DNA of 64,000 bases from an uncultured Ruminococcus sp. GTDB lineage: Bacteria; Bacillota; Clostridia; Oscillospirales; Ruminococcaceae. The notes under the pieces were generated by a model. That model was not told where the DNA came from. It was given only the letters and a program-made list of their open reading frames with translations, and searched no databases. The position numbers were made by a program, and so were the translations under genes. The stretch lies in contig CAMOPY010000002.1 of assembly GCA_946622505.1 (NCBI GenBank), positions 31,570 to 95,569 on the forward strand. Direction: 5' to 3'. Below are positions 1-8,136 of this stretch, in pieces. Position 1 is the stretch's first letter, and each line of letters opens with the position of its first letter.

Positions 1-1
1 T

Positions 2-649
2 TTGGCAGCAGGAGCTAAGTTCTGCCCTGTGTGCGGAACGAAGACGGCTTTGGAAGAAGCTCCTGAGCCGGTGGCGCAGGAGATAGACCGCAACCCGACG
101 ATGGACACCGTTGAGGTGCCGCAGATCGATTATTCCGACTACGATGTTCAGCCCGATGTTAGCGATATACCCAAGCATACAGATGATATGCCGACTATGG
201 AGAGTGTATATCTGCCGGGTCAGGAGCCCTATCAGGCGCCGGCTCAGCAGCAGGCTCCGAAGCCTGCACCGGTACAGGCAGCACCTCAGGATGCTGTGAT
301 ACCGCCTCCGGCACCTGCTCCTCAGCCTGTACAGCAGCCTGCTTATCAGCAGCCTGTCCAGCAGGGTCCCGTGCCTCAGCCCCAGTATCAGCAGCCTATG
401 CCTGATTACCAGCAACCGCAGGGTCCCATACCCCAGCAGCAGCCCACCCAGAGTGGTGTTACTCCCGGGAAGGGTGCGGGCGCACTGGTGCCTATCATCC
501 TGATAATACTTATACTGGCAGTTATCATCGTTGACGTGTTCGTACTGTTCAGAAAGCAGATATTCGGTGACGACGATTCGTCCTCGAAGAAGGCAGCTTC
601 GGTGGTCACTATCGCAGAGGAAGAGGCTTATCCGTATTTCACGGAATAG
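2..649 (+). CDS. zinc-ribbon / Pro-Gln-rich single-pass membrane protein (probably 5'-truncated at window edge)
   Basis: ORF track 2..649. It has an FCPVCG zinc-ribbon half-motif, a long P/Q-rich linker and one hydrophobic helix (LVPIILIILILAVIIVDVFVLF). A hairpin+T-run follows at 683-722. Confidence 0.6.
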   Translation: MAAGAKFCPVCGTKTALEEAPEPVAQEIDRNPTMDTVEVPQIDYSDYDVQPDVSDIPKHTDDMPTMESVYLPGQEPYQAPAQQQAPKPAPVQAAPQDAVIPPPAPAPQPVQQPAYQQPVQQGPVPQPQYQQPMPDYQQPQGPIPQQQPTQSGVTPGKGAGALVPIILIILILAVIIVDVFVLFRKQIFGDDDSSSKKAASVVTIAEEEAYPYFTE

Positions 650-682
650 AGGAAGCGCAGGCGCATTAAAGAAGCATTATTT

Positions 683-722
683 AAGGCACTTTTGTCGGGA
701 GACCGGCAAAAGTGCCTTTTTG
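683..722 (+). terminator. intrinsic terminator after the zinc-ribbon ORF
   Basis: aaggcacttttg ... caaaagtgcctt forms a 12-bp stem and is followed by ttttt. Confidence 0.7.
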
Positions 723-745
723 TTTGCTTTGTGCAGCGCCTGCTC

Positions 746-794
746 AGTGAATAGTGAAGAGTGAATAATGAATAATGAATAATGAATAATTAAG
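746..794. repeat. heptanucleotide tandem repeat, 7 units (AGTGAAT AGTGAAG AGTGAAT AATGAAT x3 AATTAAG)
   Basis: Read directly from the sequence. It is non-coding and lies between two hairpin+T-run structures. Confidence 0.85.
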
Positions 795-796
795 GT

Positions 797-819
797 ATCG
801 CCTTCGGCGATGTTTTTTT
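797..819 (+). terminator. second short hairpin + T-run (atcgcc-ttc-ggcgat tgttttttt)
   Basis: A 6-bp GC-rich stem followed by a T7 run. No obvious upstream gene of its own. Confidence 0.45.
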
Positions 820-840
820 ATTAGCACGCACAAAGCAATC

Positions 841-903
841 CCCCTCCCCTCCGGGGAGGGTAGGGGAATCTATTAGCTTACACAAAACCCTGATGGGTGG
901 GGG
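841..903. repeat. 63-nt GC-rich intergenic repeat, copy 1 (contains CCCCTCCCCTCC/GGAGGGTAGGGG hairpin)
   Basis: Identical to 926-988 except for 1 nt (A/G at the 26th position). Confidence 0.9.
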
Positions 904-905
904 CG

Positions 906-925
906 TTAGCCGTGCGGCGAGCACC
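906..925 (-). repeat. 20-nt motif GGTGCTCGCCGCACGGCTAA (reverse strand); an exact second copy lies at 44423-44442
   Basis: Exact 20/20 match found by eye. A related GTGCTCGCCGG abuts the stop codon at 1024. Confidence 0.85.
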
Positions 926-988
926 CCCCTCCCCTCCGGGGAGGGTAGGGGGATCTATTAGCTTACACAAAACCCTGATGGGTGGGGG
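926..988. repeat. 63-nt GC-rich intergenic repeat, copy 2
   Basis: Direct repeat of 841-903, separated from it by a 22-nt spacer ending in GGCGAGCAC. Confidence 0.9.
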
Positions 989-1023
989 AATTGGGTGCAG
1001 GTGCACGCACCTGCCGGCGAGCA

Positions 1024-2337
1024 CTAGGCTTTCTTTTTCTTTTCCTTTTTGCCGCCGATGGACATTGTGAAGATCTTGTCGCTCATAAATATCGAAAGTG
1101 CTATCTTTATGCATACGGCAAGGAACACTGCCTGATAGATAAGACCGCCGATGTAAACTGCGGTGTTCTGGAACATAGCGTTCTCAGTAGCCATAAAGGT
1201 GTGCGAGAACGGTATAGCATAAACGATAGCTCTGAGAACGATAGGCAGCGACGAGATATCGGATACTATCGAAAGGAAATAAGGGATCATTGTGGATATG
1301 GTTATCGGCATAAGCAGAGTCTGTGCAGACTTTGCGTCCTTTGCAAGAACTCCCAGTATCATTGCGATAGACAATGCGATGAGTATCGACAGGAACATCT
1401 GGACGCCCACAAGCACATACTGGCCTGCCGAAAGGGAAAGACCCAGGTTTTTAAGTGCCTGGTCAAACTTATCGGAGTCAACACCGATACCGGAGGTCAT
1501 TCCGCTCATCATCCTGCTGGAGCCGAACATAAAGCACGCAGCCTGGAGCAGAGCCACAACAGCGGCGGAAAGCGTCTTTGCGGCAAGGACCGTCATCCTT
1601 GAGATAGGAGCCGAGAGAAGTGTTTCCAGTGTCTTGTCGATCTTCTCGGTCGAGATAGCATTAAGTATCATCTGGGATGCGAACATTATAAGAACGAACA
1701 GGATTATCGGAACGATCATATTCTGTGTCGCACAGATAGACATGATAACGGAGCTGCTTATCTCCTCCTGCTTGCTGCCGACAACGGTTATCTCCTCAAG
1801 CTCGACAGGATCCTCCAGCTGCTTTATCTCTTCTGCGGTCATTTCGCCCTTGGCAAGCTTGTCCTGATAGATAGCGTTCTTTACAGCGTTCTTAAAGGTC
1901 TCGAACGCCGTGGATGAACCTGTGTTGAGGTTTGACATCATCGCAAGAGAGGTCATCCTCTGAACAAAGCGTATCTTAGCGGTCTTGTGCTTCTGCTGGG
2001 TCAGCTCGGTAAATCCTTTGGGGATGATGAGCACCTGCTTCTGATCTATCCTTTTAAGCTCCTTTGAATAGTTCTCCGACTTGATCGTGACCTCCTTGAG
2101 AGATCCGTCGTTCGATTCACAGTCCTCCTTGAGAGCCTTGATGACAGACTTTGTAAAGTCCGTATCGTCCATATCGCAGATAACAATATCTCCGCTCTTC
2201 TTTGCGCTCTCGCTTATGGAGTCGGAGAAGATGTTTCCGATTATCACAAGCATGGCCACGATGCCCACCATAGTAAGTATGGTCTGGGCGTTGAGCATAT
2301 CTCTCAGCTCTTTTTTGAAAAGACTAAAGAACTTCAC
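1024..2337 (-). CDS. ABC-2 type transporter permease (NatB-like)
   Basis: 437 aa. The N-terminal KKELRD motif is typical of ABC-2 permeases, with a large extracytoplasmic loop after TM1 and multiple C-terminal TMs. GTG start overlaps the upstream ATPase stop. Confidence 0.8.
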   Translation of the reverse strand: MKFFSLFKKELRDMLNAQTILTMVGIVAMLVIIGNIFSDSISESAKKSGDIVICDMDDTDFTKSVIKALKEDCESNDGSLKEVTIKSENYSKELKRIDQKQVLIIPKGFTELTQQKHKTAKIRFVQRMTSLAMMSNLNTGSSTAFETFKNAVKNAIYQDKLAKGEMTAEEIKQLEDPVELEEITVVGSKQEEISSSVIMSICATQNMIVPIILFVLIMFASQMILNAISTEKIDKTLETLLSAPISRMTVLAAKTLSAAVVALLQAACFMFGSSRMMSGMTSGIGVDSDKFDQALKNLGLSLSAGQYVLVGVQMFLSILIALSIAMILGVLAKDAKSAQTLLMPITISTMIPYFLSIVSDISSLPIVLRAIVYAIPFSHTFMATENAMFQNTAVYIGGLIYQAVFLAVCIKIALSIFMSDKIFTMSIGGKKEKKKKA

Positions 2338-3064
2338 GGATCTTCACCACCTTTTCAAATACTTCCTCAAGATTTCTCGCTTCATATTTAGCCACCAGCT
2401 CCTCGGGCGTCCCTGTCTCCAGGAGCATACCCTTTGCTATGATGCCCACTCTGTCGGAAACGAACTCTATCTCCAGCATATTGTGGGAAGACAGCAGAAA
2501 GCTCATGCCGTCGGCCGCAAGCTTTTTGATAGTGCGCCTTATCTCGAGAGCGTTGAGTATATCAAGTCCCGATGTAGGCTCGTCAAGGATCGCCAGATCC
2601 GGCTTCGGCATTATCGCACGGGCAAGCAGCAGCTTTCTTGTCATACCCCTTGAATAGCTGGATATCTTGTCGTTGAGCCTTTCTCCCAGCTCGCAGATCT
2701 CGATACCCCTGTTCACATAGTCGATAGTGTCCTGTCCGTTTTTGGCATAGATAGATGCCATAAACTCGAGATAGGCTCTTCCCGTCATATTCTTATAGGC
2801 ACCTGCCTCGTCAGGCAGATAGGTTATGCACTCTCTTACCTTTTCGGGCTCGGTAAGGATGCTGTGTCCGCTCACAAGAGCATCGCCCTCTGTTGTTTTC
2901 AGAAGGGTAGCGATCGTTCTGATCGTTGTGGTCTTTCCGGCGCCGTTCGGGCCGATAAGGGCAAATATCTCGCCCTTTGCGATGTCAAAGGTAACGTCCC
3001 TGGAAGCATATACGCCCTTGACGTACTGCTTTCCGAGGCCCTTGACTTCAAGAACCTTTTCCAT
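2324..3064 (-). CDS. ABC transporter ATP-binding protein (NatA-like)
   Basis: Walker A GPNGAGKTT, signature SRGMTRKLLLA, Walker B LAILDEPTSGLD. The start is trimmed to the ATG at 3064, which is preceded by GGGGAGG. Confidence 0.9.
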   Translation of the reverse strand: MEKVLEVKGLGKQYVKGVYASRDVTFDIAKGEIFALIGPNGAGKTTTIRTIATLLKTTEGDALVSGHSILTEPEKVRECITYLPDEAGAYKNMTGRAYLEFMASIYAKNGQDTIDYVNRGIEICELGERLNDKISSYSRGMTRKLLLARAIMPKPDLAILDEPTSGLDILNALEIRRTIKKLAADGMSFLLSSHNMLEIEFVSDRVGIIAKGMLLETGTPEELVAKYEARNLEEVFEKVVKIREVL

Positions 3065-3107
3065 ATTATACCTCCCCATATTTTGTTTCGGTTCAGAACA
3101 TAAAAAC

Positions 3108-3136
3108 AGTATAACACAGACGGTTGAATATGTCAA
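3108..3136 (-). promoter_or_regulatory. sigma-A type promoter TTGACA-17-TATACT (TGn extended -10) for the ABC-2 operon
   Basis: Reverse complement reads TTGACAtattcaaccgtctgtgtTATACT. Confidence 0.6.
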
Positions 3137-3378
3137 CATTTCTTACAATTTTATCATCCGGCCTCTGAAAGTGCATATCTACGCACTTTTTTCGATATCC
3201 GCTTTGGTTACATTTAGGTTACAGCGCTTATCGGAGCCCCTGTGCAGCAGAGGTTTTGAGTACATTTTTGAGGACAAAAACATTTTCTGCCTTTGGTGCT
3301 GCGGGAAAACTTGTGTTACAAAAAACGGACTGTTGTTGAAACTTTAGCGTATGATAATGGAAAAACGCTATGAAAATC

Positions 3379-3414
3379 ACCGAGTTTTTAACACTTTCAA
3401 CCGAGTTTTCAACA
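3379..3414 (+). promoter_or_regulatory. two 15-nt direct repeats ACCGAGTTTT(T/C)AACA, 21 nt centre to centre; candidate regulator binding site upstream of the GH5 gene
   Basis: 3379-3393 and 3400-3414 are 14/15 identical, spaced two helical turns apart. Confidence 0.4.
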
Positions 3415-3679
3415 TTTTTGAAGAAATCGGCCTTTGAAAATCAACTGTCCAATAATTTTCCTGTTACCGTTTTTTAATTTTTTGATCTTCGCTTCTCTCT
3501 TTTCTGACAGAGTTCGGGTTAAAGGTGCGTTGTGCATTATCGCTAAACGAAGAGGATGAATTTCGTGAAAAATACTCCTTTTAAAAGGTGTGCGATATAT
3601 GGTAGACTATTTATATATGCAGGCGGCAAAGATGCCGCTTCTGAAAACAGGAAGGAGGTTCGCTTTTTAAGCGAAAAAT

Positions 3680-5296
3680 ATGGGTATTCTATCAAAACTC
3701 AAAAGACCCCTCACGGTTGCGCTGGCAGCTGCGGCAGTGTTTGCGGCAGGTTCGTCGCTCCCGGACAGGGCAGGCAGCAGCGGCGGGCTCATTACCGCAT
3801 CGGCTGCATCGGTAAGTGTCCCGACAGTAACGGGGCTGAAGTCAACAACTCTAGGCACGGATAAGGTTAAGCTCACCTGGAACAAGGTCAGCGGAGCCTC
3901 GGGGTATCAGGTTTTTATGCAAAAAAACGGCGTATATACAAGGCTTATCTCTATCTACTCCAACACGAACACGTATACGGTCACCAAGCTTCCTGCGGCA
4001 AGGATAACCAACCTCAGGGTAAGAGCGTGGAAAACGGTGAACGGCACGAATTATTTCGGTGCGCTCTCTGCACCCAGAGAGACCGCCACCAACCCTGCTA
4101 AGCCGACAGGCATCACCTCCACAGTAGGTGTGAACACGGTGAAGCTTACCTGCACAAAGCAGAACTGCACCTATTACAGGGCTTATGCTATGCAGAGTGA
4201 CGGAAAGTGGAAGGGTCTTGCGAATTCAACTTCAAACACCATAACAATATCTGGCCTTTCTGCCAACACGACCTATAAGTTCTGTGTGAGGGCGTGGAAG
4301 AGAGACTGGTCGGGCGATGACCACGGAAGCGCTCTTTCGGACACCGTTACTGTAAAGACAAAGGCGGCTTCCACCCCCGTTGCGGCAAACGGCAGGCTCT
4401 CTGTCAAGGGTGCCAATATCGTTAATGCCAAGGGCAATGTGTTCAAGATAAAGGGAATGTCCACCCACGGCATTATGTGGGAGGATTTCAGGAACATCCT
4501 GTCGGTGGCTTCTCTCAAGGTGCTGCGTGACGACTGGAAGGTAAACACTATCAGAGTTGCGATGTATACCTCGGAGTGGGGCGGATATACCACGGGCTCC
4601 GACTATGCGGCTACGGCAAAGGCAAGAGTCAAGGCAGCTGTGGAGAACGCAAAGAGCGTCGGTATGTATGTTATCATCGACTGGCACATCCTCAGCGACG
4701 GAGACCCCAGGACCCACCAGAGCGAGGCTGTCGCTTTCTTCAAGGAGATGGCCAACACCTATAAGGGCTATAACAACGTTCTTTATGAGATATGCAACGA
4801 ACCAAACGGCGGCGTGACCTGGAACGGCGGCATCAAGTCCTACTGCCAGAGCGTTGTGAGCGCTATAAGACAGTATGACAAGAACGCTGTGATAATCTGT
4901 GGAACAGGCACCTGGAGCCAGGATATAGACCAGGTGGTCGGCAACAGACTTTCCGATCCGAAATGTGTTTATGCGCTCCACTTCTATGCTAACACTCACA
5001 CCGACTGGCTGAGAAACAGGCTCCAGAGCTGCTATAACAGCGGCCTGCCGGTCCTTGTTTCCGAGTTCGGGACTTGTGATGCCAGCGGAAACGGCGGCTT
5101 CAACAAGAGCCAGACCCAGATATGGCTGACTCTTCTTGACAAGCTGAAGGTGGGATATATAAACTGGTCCGCATCAAACAAGAACGAAACGGCTTCGGCT
5201 TTCAAGCCGGGAACTAACCTGAAGGCTATCAGCGCAGGAACCTCTCAGCTGACCGAAAGCGGAAAGCTTGTAAGAGACTGGTACAGAAGCCACTGA
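3680..5296 (+). CDS. secreted glycoside hydrolase family 5 (endoglucanase-like) with two N-terminal Fn3-like modules
   Basis: Signal peptide present. Fn3-like motifs (LTWNKVSGASGYQV, YKFCVRAW). GH5 motifs VIIDWHIL, YEICNEPNG (acid/base) and VLVSEFG (nucleophile). Confidence 0.9.
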   Translation: MGILSKLKRPLTVALAAAAVFAAGSSLPDRAGSSGGLITASAASVSVPTVTGLKSTTLGTDKVKLTWNKVSGASGYQVFMQKNGVYTRLISIYSNTNTYTVTKLPAARITNLRVRAWKTVNGTNYFGALSAPRETATNPAKPTGITSTVGVNTVKLTCTKQNCTYYRAYAMQSDGKWKGLANSTSNTITISGLSANTTYKFCVRAWKRDWSGDDHGSALSDTVTVKTKAASTPVAANGRLSVKGANIVNAKGNVFKIKGMSTHGIMWEDFRNILSVASLKVLRDDWKVNTIRVAMYTSEWGGYTTGSDYAATAKARVKAAVENAKSVGMYVIIDWHILSDGDPRTHQSEAVAFFKEMANTYKGYNNVLYEICNEPNGGVTWNGGIKSYCQSVVSAIRQYDKNAVIICGTGTWSQDIDQVVGNRLSDPKCVYALHFYANTHTDWLRNRLQSCYNSGLPVLVSEFGTCDASGNGGFNKSQTQIWLTLLDKLKVGYINWSASNKNETASAFKPGTNLKAISAGTSQLTESGKLVRDWYRSH

Positions 5297-5320
5297 TAAA
5301 AATATAACAAAGTTTTTTTC

Positions 5321-5358
5321 AAGGCAGACCTCTTTTTTGTGGGGTCTGCCTTATTTTT
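5321..5358 (+). terminator. intrinsic terminator after GH5
   Basis: aaggcagacc / ggtctgcctt stem followed by atttttt. Confidence 0.8.
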
Positions 5359-5378
5359 GCAAAATGGATAGGTGGTTG

Positions 5379-5407
5379 TTGACAACTTTTTTAATATGTG
5401 GTACTAT
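5379..5407 (+). promoter_or_regulatory. sigma-A type promoter TTGACA-17-TACTAT (TGn)
   Basis: Exact 17-nt spacer, about 30 nt upstream of the ABC ATPase start. Confidence 0.6.
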
Positions 5408-5438
5408 TTTAACATATTGTTTTTGGAGGAAATACATC

Positions 5439-6353
5439 ATGAGCGAGCTGGTTTTAGAAACCGCTCAGCTGACCAAGGCTTTCGGCAAAAAGAAGGCCGT
5501 CAACGGCGTCAGCCTTCATGTCGAGAAGGGCTCGGTATATGGCTTTATCGGCAAGAACGGAGCGGGAAAAACGACTTTTATGAAAATGGTATGCGGGCTC
5601 TCCGCACCGACTTCGGGCAGTATGACTATCTTTGGTCAGACGGGAGCCGGGATAAAAAGCATAAGACATAAGATAGGATGTCTTATAGAGGATCCCGGTA
5701 TTTTTCCAAAGCTTTCTGCTTTTGAAAATCTCAGGCTCAAATGTCTTGCTATGGGCTGCTATGACAAAGACTATATTAACGGCCTTCTTGAAAAGGTGGG
5801 TCTTGCCGACACGGGCAAAAAGCACACCGGGCGGTTCTCGCTGGGTATGAGACAGAGGCTGGGTATTGCTATGGCTCTTGTGGGCGAGCCGGAGCTTCTG
5901 GTGCTCGACGAGCCGATAAACGGACTTGATCCCCAGGGAATAGCCGAGGTGAGAGAAACTATCCATTCTCTCAGCGAGGGAAGCGGGATAACCATTCTTA
6001 TCTCGAGCCACATCCTTGACGAGCTTGCAAAGATAGCCACACATTACGGTATTATAAATGAGGGCGTTCTTATAAAGGAGATGTCTGCCGAGGAGATGCT
6101 CGAGGCCAGAACAGACGGTATCGACATCAGGATTGACAACTTCGGAAAGGCAAGCGAGGTCCTTGGCAATATGGGCCTTAGCTTCCGCCTGCTGGAGCCC
6201 TTCCATATCTCGGTCGATGCCGACAAGCAGAGAGCTGCCGAGATAAACCGTGCTCTTGTAACGGGCGGTGTCGAGGTATCCGAGCTTGTTATCCACAGCG
6301 AGGATCTTGAGTCCTACTATCTCAAGCTGACAGGAGGTGTGCAGAATGCTTAA
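5439..6353 (+). CDS. ABC transporter ATP-binding protein (ABC-2 / bacitracin-lantibiotic-immunity-like class)
   Basis: Walker A GKNGAGKTT, signature FSLGMRQRLGIA, Walker B LLVLDEPINGLD. The start is trimmed to the ATG at 5439, after GGAGGA. Confidence 0.9.
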   Translation: MSELVLETAQLTKAFGKKKAVNGVSLHVEKGSVYGFIGKNGAGKTTFMKMVCGLSAPTSGSMTIFGQTGAGIKSIRHKIGCLIEDPGIFPKLSAFENLRLKCLAMGCYDKDYINGLLEKVGLADTGKKHTGRFSLGMRQRLGIAMALVGEPELLVLDEPINGLDPQGIAEVRETIHSLSEGSGITILISSHILDELAKIATHYGIINEGVLIKEMSAEEMLEARTDGIDIRIDNFGKASEVLGNMGLSFRLLEPFHISVDADKQRAAEINRALVTGGVEVSELVIHSEDLESYYLKLTGGVQNA

Positions 6354-7140
6354 ACTTTTAAGAATGGATATGCACAGGCTCCCCAAGGGACTGGCTTTCA
6401 AGATCATTCTGATCCTGCTGCTGGGAGAGTTCACGCTGACAGCCTTTGCTTTCAGCTTTATGATGAACAGGGCGGATGATCTGACTGAGGTGTATCAGAT
6501 ACTCGGCATAAGCAGCGATGTTATGACAGCTCCTCTGTTTTTAAGGCTCACGCTGGGTCAGCTGGGCGACTTTGCTATGTATATGGCTATCTTTGTGGTG
6601 CTCTTCTCGAACGGAGATTTCCACTCGGGATTTATAAAGTCGATAGCAGGTCAGGTGAAGAGCAGGAGTATGCTCGGCGCTTCAAAGTTTATCTCGGTGA
6701 TGATCTACACGGTGTTCTATTTCTGTGTTTCTGTCCTCATCAGCATTATAGAGCTTGCTGTTTTCTTTGACGGCCCCAAGGAACTAGGTTCGGGAGATTT
6801 CTGGCAGTATGCACTTCTGCTCCTGTTCATGTATATTTCGATGTCGGTCGTTATTGCAGCCATAGCTCAGTTTTTCAGGAGCAACCTTATCGGCATCATC
6901 AGCGGTGTTGCGATCTCTATCGGCCTCATATCCGCAATACTTAATCTTGTGAATATGCTGGTCAAGAAGATCGGCTTTGATATCGACCTTGCTGAATACA
7001 CCATTACAGGCAGTATCAAGTCTCTTCAGATAGGCGGCAGCATAGGCGACTATACACAGCACATAGTAGTCTGCCTCGTTTATATGATAGTAGCGGCTGC
7101 GGCAGCGCTTATCTCGTACAACAAGAGAGATATCGCATAA
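6346..7140 (+). CDS. ABC-2 family permease (multi-pass membrane protein)
   Basis: About 6 predicted hydrophobic helices. The ATG at 6346 lies 8 nt after GGAGG and overlaps the ATPase stop (ATGCTTAA). Confidence 0.7.
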   Translation: MLKLLRMDMHRLPKGLAFKIILILLLGEFTLTAFAFSFMMNRADDLTEVYQILGISSDVMTAPLFLRLTLGQLGDFAMYMAIFVVLFSNGDFHSGFIKSIAGQVKSRSMLGASKFISVMIYTVFYFCVSVLISIIELAVFFDGPKELGSGDFWQYALLLLFMYISMSVVIAAIAQFFRSNLIGIISGVAISIGLISAILNLVNMLVKKIGFDIDLAEYTITGSIKSLQIGGSIGDYTQHIVVCLVYMIVAAAAALISYNKRDIA

Positions 7141-7161
7141 TAAAAGCAAACAGCTTATAAT

Positions 7162-7198
7162 AAAAACGGTATGTCTGAGCTTTCAGACATACCGTTTT
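7162..7198. terminator. bidirectional intrinsic terminator between convergent genes
   Basis: 13-bp perfect stem acggtatgtctga/tcagacataccgt, flanked by an A-run and a T-run. Confidence 0.8.
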
Positions 7199-7209
7199 GT
7201 GCTGTTATG

Positions 7210-7983
7210 CTATTGTGCTGCTTCGGCTTCGTCCCTGCTGTCAAGGAGCATACCGCTGTCCTCGGTCATACCGAAGATCTTCCAGCTGGGTCCCATTCTT
7301 CCCACATAGATGTAAAGCTTTGCTTCCTGGGTGTCCTTGGTGCCGCTGAAGGTGACATTGACCACAAGCTCATAGGCTTCCGAAATGCTTGGCTTTCTGC
7401 CATAGGCTTTTTTATACTCGCCAAGGTCATATTCATCCTTATCGAGCTTGGTCTCCTTGCCGAACTTCACCGAGATCGTGTAGCCCTCGCCATACTGTTC
7501 GATAAAGCTGGAATAGAGGACCTTTTTCATGACCTCCTCTTTTGAGTAGCCGCCCTCTTTTCGCTGGGTCTCGTATTCATCCTTCATATCCGATGGGAAG
7601 CAGTCGATGAACTTGTCGAAATCGCTGTTCTGGATAGCCGCAAAATACTGCTTTACCACATCACGCTTGTCGCTCTTGAAGATAACGCCGCTTCTCCACA
7701 AAACGACGACCACCACAGCCACGAACACCACAGCCGAGATGATAAGGGTCTTGATACCTGCATTCCGGTCATAGTTGCGGCGCTGTTTTCTTGCTTCACG
7801 CCTTTCCTTTTCCCATTTGGCATATACCGCCTTATCCTCTTCCGAGCGGAAGCGTTCGGGCTTTGTAGCTTTTTTATACTTTATTGCTGCTTTCGAGTTT
7901 TTCAGCTTCGGGTCACCGTAACCGCACTTGTCACAGTATTTTCCGCTGTACATCTCTCCGCAGGATCTGCAAACTTTTGCCAT
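7210..7983 (-). CDS. zinc-ribbon (CxxC-x10-CxxC) single-pass membrane protein with extracytoplasmic C-terminal domain
   Basis: N-terminal CRSCGEMYSGKYCDKCG, a K/R-rich linker, a TM (LIISAVVFVAVVVVVLW) and a ~150-aa C-terminal domain. Confidence 0.7.
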   Translation of the reverse strand: MAKVCRSCGEMYSGKYCDKCGYGDPKLKNSKAAIKYKKATKPERFRSEEDKAVYAKWEKERREARKQRRNYDRNAGIKTLIISAVVFVAVVVVVLWRSGVIFKSDKRDVVKQYFAAIQNSDFDKFIDCFPSDMKDEYETQRKEGGYSKEEVMKKVLYSSFIEQYGEGYTISVKFGKETKLDKDEYDLGEYKKAYGRKPSISEAYELVVNVTFSGTKDTQEAKLYIYVGRMGPSWKIFGMTEDSGMLLDSRDEAEAAQ

Positions 7984-8013
7984 TGTTTCACCTTTTCCGA
8001 TATTAGTGCTTTA

Positions 8014-8042
8014 ATAATACACCTTTTCGAGCTCTTTGTCAA
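8014..8042 (-). promoter_or_regulatory. sigma-A type promoter TTGACA-17-TATTAT for the zinc-ribbon gene
   Basis: Reverse complement reads TTGACAaagagctcgaaaaggtgTATTAT. Confidence 0.55.
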
Positions 8043-8044
8043 TG

Positions 8045-8087
8045 CCTGAAATAACAGGAGCCGTCCGGTATCACGAACGGCTCCTGT
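8045..8087 (-). terminator. intrinsic terminator after htrA-like gene
   Basis: 11-bp stem acaggagccgt/acggctcctgt, followed by ttatttc on the minus strand. Confidence 0.75.
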
Positions 8088-8136
8088 CGGAAGTATAGAA
8101 TATGAAAAATTAGAGATCGGCTTGTTTATCAGCTTA

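Noticed and set aside
841-988. Considered the 63-nt repeats as a mini CRISPR array
   Set aside because: There are only two copies. The repeat (63 nt) is far longer than the spacer (22 nt) and than typical CRISPR repeats. No cas genes or leader are present. It fits a REP-like intergenic repeat better.
3168-3192. + strand hairpin (aaagtgc/gcacttt) with T-run, terminator-like
   Set aside because: No + strand gene or convincing promoter lies upstream of it, because the adjacent gene is divergent. The AT-rich 7-bp stem is weak. It is kept only as a note.
3351-3437. 28-aa ORF (MIMEKRYENHRVFNTFNRVFNIFEEIGL) covering the direct repeats upstream of GH5
   Set aside because: No Shine-Dalgarno. The peptide repeat merely reflects the DNA repeat. 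It is more plausibly a protein-binding DNA site.
3556-3864. 102-aa ORF overlapping the GH5 start in another frame
   Set aside because: No RBS, and an odd basic, Gly-rich composition. The GH5 frame has a clean signal peptide starting at 3680.
5454-6434. Further long antisense ORFs: 5454-6434(-), 10828-11700(-), 21629-22687(-), 24927-25736(+), 36817-38007(+), 38671-39294(+), 39914-41008(+), 44554-45285(+), 46934-48187(+), 52617-53459(+), 61956-62942(-), 982-1602/1292-1867(+)
   Set aside because: Each sits opposite a gene with strong family motifs (ABC ATPases and permeases, Tex, GH94, mutarotase, FGGY kinase, ackA, GGDEF, V-ATPase A). None has a credible RBS or a recognisable domain.
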